Assembly (NCBI RefSeq): GCF_001194135.2
Contig: NC_068986.1
Coordinates: forward strand, 48,530,263-48,562,847
DNA: 32,585 nt
Direction of reading: 5' to 3'
Origin: Octopus bimaculoides
Lineage: Eukaryota
Shown here: piece after piece, positions 1-9,375 of the stretch
Layout of the letters: every line of letters begins with the position of its first letter
Position numbering within the stretch: position 1 is the stretch's first letter
The notes under the pieces: generated by a model
What the model was told of the DNA's origin: nothing
The model's database searches: none
Seen by the model: the letters and a program-made list of their open reading frames with translations, nothing else
Made by a program: the position numbers and the translations under genes

Positions 1-43
<43 letters not shown>

Positions 44-216
44 TTAGTGAATAATACGCATATATATGTGTTTGTATGTATGTATGTTTGTGTGTGAGTG
101 TTTGTATTTGTATATACATACATACTTATATGCATATATGTATATCTATAAATATATATACATATATATGTATATATATATATATGTGTGTGTGTATGTG
201 TGTGTGTTTGTGTGTG

Positions 217-273
<57 letters not shown>

Positions 274-375
274 ATGATAGATAGATGATACATAAAAAGA
301 TAGATAAATAGACAAGTAGATAGATAACTATATATATGACAGACAGACAGACAGACAGACAGATAGATAGATTGA
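1..375. repeat. Compound (TA)n/(TG)n/(GATA)n/(GACA)n microsatellite block, representative of many others
   Basis: Read directly. Similar blocks at 2963-3040, 3900-4130, 5260-5870, 9200-9430, 10090-10330, 12530-12935, 13150-13700, 15700-15950, 20120-20290, 20750-20845, 24990-25070, 25900-26000, 27660-28240 and 32530-32585. Confidence 0.95.
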
Positions 376-637
376 TATCTACCTATGGCTATTGAATCAA
401 CGAAACCAAAATACATTACATATTGTAAGTTCATTAATAATCTAGCGTAGACACTAACTAGCTAAAGTCAATAATTCTATTCTTACTGACTAAACTCTCA
501 ATAACTAATTACATATTTCAGCCCTAAACCTTCTGAACATGGATAAACAAAACTCCTTTTAGAAATATGATCTATGATTTGATATCCGAAAACATTTAGA
601 AACATACCTATATATTTGTGTATATATCATAAATCAG

Positions 638-717
638 TCGGTTATACAGTAACATCGGACCAACGTATGAAAGTGATGAGGATTGGAAATATGATAATCA
701 CTTGAGAATCAACGAGG
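638..717 (+). CDS. Possible upstream exon of the same gene
   Basis: After atcAG (636-637) the frame reads RLYSNIGPTYESDEDWKYDNHLRINE(G). A phase-1 donor at 718 fits the acceptor at 1102, or a phase-0 donor at 741 fits the acceptor at 1086. Both donors are weak. Confidence 0.35.
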
Positions 718-1102
718 GTGTTCTTTATTGTTTCCTTTATGTATTTCACAAATGCTTTCCTAAAAACCAAACAAAAAAACTATTATTATGTACATCGTGC
801 TCTAAACATAAACATATATATACATATAAATAGTACCTTACATTGATACGTGTGCGACATAAGACGAAAAAGAAAAAGGAAGAAAGAAAGAATCTAGAAA
901 CGCTTACAAGAGTCAAACAAACAACATGTCGTATACAAAACGTTTGACTCGATAATATGTGAAGTTAAACATTTGTACGAGTGTAAGTGGCTATGTGAAT
1001 GTGTGTGTGCACATAAAACTTAAGTTTATCTCAGTAGATTTTATAAAGAATTCACTGCCAGCACTGCAAGTAGCGACTTTTCGTAGTCGATTACGTCTGT
1101 AG

Positions 1103-1232
1103 GCACGATATCTGAATTTCTTGCGTGGGATGATACCCATCTACATCGAACCCAGTACTCAACTAGTACTTGTCATATTGACCCTGAATATTTGAACGAC
1201 AAAGATGATGAGCGCGGTGTAGTTTGCACTCA
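1103..1232 (+). CDS. Putative penultimate coding exon of an unidentified gene
   Basis: Acceptor ...tacgtctgtAG (1101-1102) and strong donor CA|GTGAGT (1233). Open frame (G)TISEFLAWDDTHLHRTQYSTSTCHIDPEYLNDKDDERGVVCT(H). An alternative phase-0 acceptor at 1085-1086 gives the same frame. No protein family recognised. Confidence 0.55.
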
Positions 1233-1253
1233 GTGAGTAAAGCCAGATCTGTA

Positions 1254-1288
<35 letters not shown>

Positions 1289-1380
1289 ACGCGCACATAC
1301 ACACACACACACACACATATACATATAAATATATACTCATAGCCTACATGTAAGTTTGTATATGCTTTCCCCCCTAATAG

Positions 1381-1489
1381 TCGGCAGAAGTTACAGAGTA
1401 AGTTAAAGGCCGAGAGTGTCGTTTCGTTGGCATCTATCAAATGCACGAAACTCTCGACCCTTGAGTCACTCTGTTCTGCCAACTATTAA
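1381..1489 (+). CDS. Putative terminal coding exon of the same gene
   Basis: Acceptor gctttcccccctaatAG (1379-1380). The phase-2 join CA+T gives His, then RQKLQSKLKAESVVSLASIKCTKLSTLESLCSANY*, TAA at 1487-1489. The 148-nt intron 1233-1380 holds the (CT)n/(CA)n microsatellite. Confidence 0.55.
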
Positions 1490-1760
1490 TACAACACGTA
1501 GTCGTACTTTTCTACGCACCGCCAAGCCTTAGTTTAAGTGTGTGCGTGTGCGCGCGCGTGTGTTGAAGGAAACGAATTTTCTTATGACGTTACTCGGAGT
1601 GTCATATATCTTATAATCAGTTAGAACTTTTGAAATACTACGATGCTTATTAAATATCGTAAAGTTTCTTACTGACATTGTCTAGTTTTCAAGGTTCACT
1701 TCTCCATGATGATCGGCGACGTGAAACTTGGAGTGTCAGTATGTAAAGCTTCTCAGTTTC

Positions 1761-1766
1761 AATAAA
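1761..1766 (+). promoter_or_regulatory. Candidate polyadenylation signal
   Basis: AATAAA about 270 nt after the stop at 1489, followed by a GT/T-rich tract (ttggtatttgtgtgctattttc). Confidence 0.4.
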
Positions 1767-1829
1767 ATTCCGTTGTTTTACAATGTATTTGGTATTTGTG
1801 TGCTATTTTCTTCACACTAATTTAACCTT

Positions 1830-2000
1830 ATGTAAAGCGGTGAACTAGCAGAATCGTTAACACACCGGATAAAATGTTTAACGGCATTTCGTCCGTCCCT
1901 CGTACTGTATTCAATTTCTGCTGAGGTTGACTTTGCCCTTCATTCTCTCGTGATAGATAAAATATGTAACAGTCGAACACTGGGGTCGATGTAATGGCTA
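1830..2000 (+). mobile_element. SINE family A (aaggcggcgagctggcagaa... head), degraded copy
   Basis: Collinear similarity to the copy at 29004-29215 (gcagaatcgtta..., cggcatttcgtc, gaggttgactttgcc, ctggggtcgatgtaat). Confidence 0.75.
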
Positions 2001-2077
2001 TCGCATCATCACATATTTCAGGCGCACGCACATAAATATGCTTGTATCTGTGAGCCCGTGCGCTTTGTGTGCGTAAC

Positions 2078-2293
2078 CATGGGTGCATGGTTAAGAAGCA
2101 AGCAGGTGGTTTCGTGTGCGCTCCAACTGTGAGGCATCTGGGGCAAGTGACTTCTACTATAACCCCGGGCCGACCAATGCCTTGTGAATGAATTTGGTAG
2201 ACGAGAACATTGAGGAAGCCCGTCTTATATTTATATATACATATATACATGTATGTTGTGTGAGTGCGTGTGTGTGTGTTTGTATGTGCTTTT

Positions 2294-2353
<60 letters not shown>

Positions 2354-2545
2354 TCTTTACTTTATGTTAATCTCCCCTTTGCTTCACAACCGGTTTACTT
2401 ATGTTCTGGTGTATTTTACATTGGCAAAAGAGTTCGTTTGTGTAAGTACAAGATTATAAAAATATGTATTGAATTTTTCAACAAAAATCCTTGAAGGCGG
2501 TGCCCTAGCATGGCCACAGTCCGGATACTGAAGCAAGTAAAAGGT
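2078..2545 (+). mobile_element. SINE family B, full-length copy with central (TA)/(TG)n microsatellite
   Basis: Shares gggcaagtg-cttctactat, gccgaccaa-gccttgtga and the 3' gcatggccacagtc motif with the copies at 6698-7098 and 21300-21865. Confidence 0.8.
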
Positions 2546-2639
2546 AAATGGTAAAATATATGAGTTTTACTTACCTCCCCTTCTCTCTCTCCCCCTATCT
2601 CTCTCTCTACCTATCTGTCCGTCTGCTGTCTATCTATCT

Positions 2640-2961
2640 AGGGTAAAGACCTCCTTCGGTCATGAATAACTATGGGGTTGCACCTAGAAAGTTCTCTCCG
2701 AAGCAAAGTCCGGGCAAGGTTGTTTATGGAAGACCATGCATACCAGCCTCCCCTCTCCACGCCACCGATGTTATCCAAGAGAAAGGCAAAGGCAGATACT
2801 GCTTGGCACTTGTGACATCGCAACTCATTTCTACACATGAGTGAACTGGAGCAACATGAAATAAAGTGTTTTGCTCAAAAACACAACACAGCCCGGTCTG
2901 GGATTCGAACTCACTACCTCATCATTGTGAGCCCGACGCTCTAACCACTGAGTGATGCGCC
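2640..2961 (-). mobile_element. tRNA-derived SINE family C, inserted in a (GATA)n tract
   Basis: Minus strand begins ggcgcatcactcagtggttagagcg (A-box-like), has a B box gagttcgaatccc (2900-2912), then ttgagcaaaacactttatttca-gttgc-ccagt-cactca shared with 13860-14095. (TATC)n lies on both sides. Confidence 0.85.
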
Positions 2962-2962
2962 G

Positions 2963-3018
<56 letters not shown>

Positions 3019-4098
3019 TTATCTATCTATCTATCTACCTCTTCTCTTTACCTCTCTTTCCAGTTTTGAAGCAGTGGTCTGCACCCACACTGCAAGCAAT
3101 AGTTACCACTTTGCACTAACTCCTACCTCAAATGCCACTCTCACCTTCACCACAATCACAACTCCCACCACGACCACCGCAATCACAACCACCACAAGCC
3201 GCAATCGTCTCCAACACATCCGTCCAATACGATCCCACTACTAGCTCTAATATCAACACCAACACTGACACCAATACGAAAACCTCAGTAATCATTTTCA
3301 TTTCTTAGAATTTTGTCCATTCTTTAGTAACAGCCATACATTGATTCATCATACGGCAATAATAAAGAAACAGAAATTCACATTTCGGTTGTTGAAACAT
3401 GGCCGAAATCTTACTTGATGGTTCTTTTGCCCACCTTAAAATATGTAAAATAATAACCCCTACCTTGAGCATATAAATAACTTAATCCAAAGCCTGGAGA
3501 AACCGTTTGAAACTAGCAACGATTCAAACACACATTTAAAGATGTGTGTCTGGATCAAACATATGTATAATGGAAACTTGACAGAACTACGAAAGAACTA
3601 TGAATCTTTGGAGAAGGTAAGAGAACTTCTTCTAATGCCTCTTCTTCTCCTTCTTTCTTCGTGTCTTTCCTCCTTTCTTTCTTCTTCTTACCTTCTTTCT
3701 TTCTTTCTTTTTTCATGTCTTTTCATCCATTTATTTGGCAGTAGTAGTATGTTGTTGGTAGCAGATAAGAAACAATGGGAGAACAGCAAACTCGATGATG
3801 GAGTGGACAATTAACCTTGGATTGACGAGTAGTTTGGCTGGTTTATAATGACGAAATCGAATCCTATAACAGACAGCGAAAATGAATGTGCAGCATACAG
3901 CACACACACACAGACACAGACACACGAACTCACACACTTGGAAGTATGTGTATATATATGCATGCACATGTATGTGTGTATATATGTATGTGTGTGTGTG
4001 TATGCATGCGTGTGTATTCATATATGTACACACATATGTGTGCATGTGTAGAAAGATAGATAGATATGTATGTAGGTAAATGTTTGTGTTGTGTGTGC

Positions 4099-4130
<32 letters not shown>

Positions 4131-4525
4131 NNNNNNNNNNNNNNNNNNNNNNNNNNNNNNNNNNNNNNNNNNNNNNNNNNNNNNNNNNNNNNNNNNNNNN
4201 NNNNNNNNNNNNNNNNNNNNNNNNNNNNNNNNNNNNNNNNNNNNNNNNNNNNNNNNNNNNNNNNNNNNNNNNNNNNNNNNNNNNNNNNNNNNNNNNNNNN
4301 NNNNNNNNNNNNNNNNNNNNNNNNNNNNNNNNNNNNNNNNNNNNNNNNNNNNNNNNNNNNNNNNNNNNNNNNNNNNNNNNNNNNNNNNNNNNNNNNNNNN
4401 NNNNNNNNNNNNNNNNNNNNNNNNNNNNNNNNNNNNNNNNNNNNNNNNNNNNNNNNNNNNNNNNNNNNNNNNNNNNNNNNNNNNNNNNNNNNNNNNNNNN
4501 NNNNNNNNNNNNNNNNNNNNNNNNN
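4131..4525. other. Assembly gap (others at 9004-9136, 10414-10760, 16277-16591, 18795-19539, 23592-23720, 27759-28061)
   Basis: N runs, all abutting simple repeats on at least one side. Confidence 1.
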
Positions 4526-5301
4526 GAGAGAGGAATTAGAGAATGAGTGAGAGGGAGTGAGAGAACAGGATAAAAAGGAAGATAAAAGGTGAGTGGAAAT
4601 GACCGAGAGTGTTAGAAATATGAAGAGGCCGCTCACGCACGCATTAATAACAATTGATGAAATGATGTGTCAAAGTTTTGTAACTGAATTGTTGTTGTTG
4701 ATGTAAGTTTGGAATAAAATGTCACAAAAACTAGAATGATCCAGAAGAAATTGAGCGAAAGGAAGACAGGAAAAGCAGCGAGAAGTTTCCACTAAAAGGA
4801 AAATAATTCGCAGGAAAAAGCAGACATGTCTTTGTACAATCTGTGACTGTTGCTGTCACCTTCATTAAACAATTGACGTTTTTGGAAACTGTACGGTGTT
4901 CTTTGATTTCCTGCATCAGTTACATTGAGATGAAGTGAGGAAGTGGAGGACATGAGGTAAAGTGTGAGAAAATATAAAGGAAAGAGGGAGAGAGAGAGGA
5001 AGAGAGAAAGATGGGGGGAAAGAGACGAAGAGAGTTGGGTGAATGTTAAGACAGAGTGAAACCACAATGGGCAGAGTGACAGAGGGTGAGAAAGATATAG
5101 GAGACTCAGGTAAGACAGATTATGAAACGGAAATAGTGAGAGGAGTGAGGAAGAGTGAGAGAGAGAGCGAGAGAGGGAGACAAGGATAGAGAGAGAGTGT
5201 GTGTGAAACGTAGTAACGATAAGATATCAGAAAGTGTGAAAGAAAGTCTCTCAGTGATAACTAGATAGATAGATGATAGATAAATAGATGGGTATATAGT
5301 A

Positions 5302-5373
<72 letters not shown>

Positions 5374-5785
5374 AGAGAGTGGGGAGGGAGGGAGAATGAA
5401 CTGACATAAATGAAAACAGACATATAGTGAGATGGAGGAGGAACAGTTTTGGAAAGGAAGACAGATCTAAAGATGAAGGTATGTATATATGTGTGTGTGT
5501 GTGCGCGTGTGTATTTCTGTGTATGTGTGTGTACATATATTCATATACTTATATGTATGCATGTATGTATATATATATATATGTATATGTGCGTGTGTTT
5601 GCGTATGCATTTATACACATATACATGTATACATGTTTATATATATATACATATATACGCACACATACATATGTATTGTATATACATAGTTTTGTATACC
5701 AAGTCTTAAGTGTGATAAATATATAGCGAGACATGGAAGACAAGAGAGACTGAGACAGAGAGAGAGAGAGAGATAGAGAGAGAGC

Positions 5786-5868
<83 letters not shown>

Positions 5869-6419
5869 GGTAAAGAAGAGAGAGAAGTGCTAGTTGATCA
5901 GGAGGTAGCGAAGAGGAGGTAGGTTCAAATATATGTAAAATATGTGTGTTTGTATGTGTGTGTGTAGAGAGAGAGTAAAAAGAGAGTGGAGAGGGAAAAG
6001 ACAGAGAGAGAGGGAGGAGGGGAAGAGGTTGATAAATATATTATGAGATACGGAAAGCTACTGGCGGCGAAGAGATTGAAGTGTCTGTGCATGTATTTCT
6101 CGCATTCCTTCGTAAGTCGCCAAGTTTTCATTTGGAACATTTTACAAAACCCAGCAAGTGTTTTGGTACATCAGTAAAATCCAAACACTTCTCGCATCAT
6201 ACCACACCTCAGTCCATCTAGGACTACAACTACCATAAAGTATGTCACATTACCTCAGGCATATGACAGCGACAACAACAGGTACTCGTAATCAACTCCC
6301 CACCCTACCAAATATCGCGATAACCTGGCATTACATTACATTACATTACATTACATTACAGAACACAGTTCACCATACATTGCACTATAAACACCAACAC
6401 ACCCGAATACCTTTTAACG

Positions 6420-6640
6420 TTTACTACTTTCAGTCATTGGACTGCGGCCATACTGGAGTATTCCCCCAGTATGGCTGCAGTGTTTTAGTCGAGCGAGAAT
6501 CGATTCCAGGAATTTTTAAAAGAAAAAGAAAATGCCTGGAACTTATTCTATGTTTCTTGGGCCGAACCACTAAGTTAGAGGAACGTAAACAAACCAAATA
6601 CGAGTTGTCAAACAGTAGTGTGGAACAAACACAGTCACAG
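6420..6640 (-). mobile_element. SINE family B, 3' half of an interrupted minus-strand copy
   Basis: Reverse complement matches the 3' half of 6698-7098 (cagtcatt-gactgcggccat-ctggag; ccgaaccactaagtta). Confidence 0.75.
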
Positions 6641-6697
6641 ACACACACATACTTACATGCAGCCATACATATTCACACACACACACACACATATATA

Positions 6698-7098
6698 CAG
6701 GCGTGGCTGTGGGGTAAGAAGCTTACTTCCCGACCATATGGTTCCGGGTTCAGGCCCACTGGTGACACTTTGGACAAGTGTTTTCTACTATGGCCCCGGA
6801 CCGACCGAAACCTTGTGAGTGGATAGAGTGGATATGGTTGACGGAAACTGAAAGAAATCCGTCGTATGTATATATTTATTTATGTGTGTGTCTTTGTGTC
6901 TATGATAGTCCTCCACAGCATCGCTTAACAACCGTTGTTGGTGTGCTTACGTTCCCGTGACTTAGCGGTTCAGCAAAAGAGTCGATAGAATAAGTACGAG
7001 GCTTACAAAGAATAAGTCCTGGGGTCGACTTCTTTGATTAAAACGCTTTAACGTTGTGCTCCAGCATGGCCGCAGTCAAATAACTGATATGTGTAATA
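6698..7098 (+). mobile_element. SINE family B, full-length copy nested in the minus-strand copy
   Basis: Head caggcgtggctgtgg, B-box-like ggttccgggttcagg, central microsatellite, 3' ctccagcatggccgcagtcaaa. Confidence 0.85.
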
Positions 7099-7117
7099 GA
7101 ATATGTTTGTATGTATG

Positions 7118-7151
<34 letters not shown>

Positions 7152-7200
7152 TGTGTGTATCTATCTATCTATCTATCTATGCACACATACATATACGCAC

Positions 7201-7342
7201 GATGGTCTTCTCTCAGTTTCCGTCGACCAAATCCACTCACAAGATTTTGGTTTGCCTGGGACTTGCTCAAGGTCTCACGCAGTAGGACTAAACCCGGAAT
7301 CATGTAAATAGGGAGCAAGCTTCTTACTATACAGCCACGCCG
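7201..7342 (-). mobile_element. SINE family B, 5' half of the interrupted minus-strand copy
   Basis: tcagtttccgtcgaccaaatccactcacaag...acagccacgcc is the reverse complement of the head at 6698-6860. Confidence 0.8.
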
Positions 7343-7879
7343 GCGATGCTACAATCGTCACATCTTCATCATATAACAATTACACCGTACATTCACATAG
7401 CGCTCTGTTTTCTGGACGGAGCTTTCACAGATCGCATGACATGCTAGAAATATCAACCAACTCAGTTTCCCACGAATCATTCCGCCACCCTTTGAGAAAA
7501 TAACACATTGGGTAATGACGTTTTGGGTTCTCAACGCATTAAGAAAAGTATATGGAATGGTCACTGCTGATATACGTTCCGATCGTAGATCTCTTCGATC
7601 AAGACTGATAGGAGTAATCGGAAAGAACAAAGACACGTGGTACCAAAAAGGACAACTAACCGCTATCACAGGTTCTACTATATCAGCAGCAGTAGCAACA
7701 GCAATACCACATGCAGACGCGCACACACCAATGCATACATATATATATAAGCTAAAGTTTCTTTTCTGATTTGATTAGTAAAACATCTCTATTTATTGTT
7801 ATCACCAGAAAAAAAAAAACAAATTACATAACATAAATTAGACAGGTTCTAATTAATGAGGTGGTGTCACCTGAAACAA

Positions 7880-8974
7880 TTTTCCCCGAGTGCAGGGTAC
7901 GTTGTGACACTTACTGGGGTACTTTGTTACAACTGTCGATAACTCGCAATCATGTTAACAAACAAGTTTAAAATAAATACGTCTCCTTCTTGCATCTAGG
8001 AAGTATTATTTTAATTAATCAACTGTGCTGTGAACCACCTCATATCCTAACTGTGATACAGAGAGTCCTCATCAGCCAATTTCCCCATTGTTACATGTAC
8101 CATCTAGTCGGAATCGTCCTCCATTATCTTCTCACCACACAGATCCCACAGAAAGTCCTATCGTCCATCAGTACAGTCAGTGTGTGCCCTGTCTTTACAG
8201 ATCGTGCATTGCACCCATTCTTCGCCTGGAAGGGAGTCGGAATACCAATCTGAGCAGACAAGGCATTTCCAATCGGTGACTTGCTTGCTGCGAGGCTACT
8301 TCCCTTTGCCTTTACCTGTTTTAGTTGATTTTCCCTTCCCCTTTTGTTGCTTTTTCTGTAGTAGTTGCCTTCTTTGGTTTGGATTTCCGTTCGCTTATTT
8401 CATCCACTATGCACTGTTTTACGGGGGTTAGGGTTCGAATAACTGTTTAGCACCTCTTGTGACTTCAACGATCTCAACCTGTCTTCCTGGGGAAAGCCTT
8501 CCTTAGTGGGTGAAACATCTCTGAGCTTGTAACAACACCAGCCGAAAAACTTGGGCCTGGCGTAGTTGCCTGGGGTAAGTTGATACACTGTAATAATTAG
8601 CCCCGACCATGTATTTCTGGGGATTACCCCATACACAGCACTAGCAATGCATGGCATCCAGGACACACCTTCCTGTATCAAAGGCAACTTCCAACACTTC
8701 CTAATGAGCCACAAACTACTTCAGTAACACCACTTGTGCTTTAGTAGTTAAGGAAATAACTTTGTGGCAAAATTTCACTTTTGGAGTAAAAAATTGTTGT
8801 TTGAGCCATAGCTTTCCTGGTGACAGCCCACCAATGCAATACACATGTGCATTCATGATGCTATGGAGTTGGCCTTCACGAGGTAGAGACCCGAGTGTCA
8901 CCGATTTTTTGAAGTTGGAAACAATGGGTTTGTGACAAGTTACCCGTGTAAAAACTAGACCCGGTTGTCCCCTA
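7880..8974 (-). mobile_element. Decayed, internally deleted pogo/DDE_1-like DNA transposon retaining its C-terminal PHD-finger coding region
   Basis: Minus strand 8271-8104 reads WKCLVCSDWYSDSLPGEEWVQCTICKDRAHTDCTDGR*DFLWDLCGEKIMEDDSD* (C4HC3 with one Cys>Trp and an internal stop). Upstream reads MFHPLRKAFPRKTG* and TVIRTLTPVKQCIVDEISERKSKPKK. Subterminal inverted motifs gggtacgttgtgaca (7895-7909) and tgtgacaagttaccc (8931-8945). Right end cccc|TA. Family assignment is recalled, not searched. Confidence 0.75.
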
Positions 8975-9323
8975 TACATACACACGCACACACACACACA
9001 CACNNNNNNNNNNNNNNNNNNNNNNNNNNNNNNNNNNNNNNNNNNNNNNNNNNNNNNNNNNNNNNNNNNNNNNNNNNNNNNNNNNNNNNNNNNNNNNNNN
9101 NNNNNNNNNNNNNNNNNNNNNNNNNNNNNNNNNNNNCACACATACGAATACAACTGCAAAATCTTTTCCACCTTTATCTGTCTCTCAATATTACAATCAT
9201 GATGATATCTTCAACCATCACCACCGCCACCACCAACACCACTACCATCACCACTACCACCCCACCACCACCACCGCCGCCACTGCCACTGAGCTGCACG
9301 TTACTACCAACACCACCACCATA

Positions 9324-9375
<52 letters not shown>

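Noticed and set aside
1159-1482. 107-aa minus-strand ORF
   Set aside because: Runs through a microsatellite; better explained as the antisense of two + strand exons with proper GT-AG signals.
2890-2961. tRNA gene
   Set aside because: A/B boxes are present but there is no clean cloverleaf and it continues into a repeated SINE body.
4731-4916. Short coding-like frames on both strands
   Set aside because: Weak splice sites, no recognisable product, strand undecidable.
6242-6826. 194-aa ORF
   Set aside because: Chimera of (CATTA)n, SINE halves and (CA)n.
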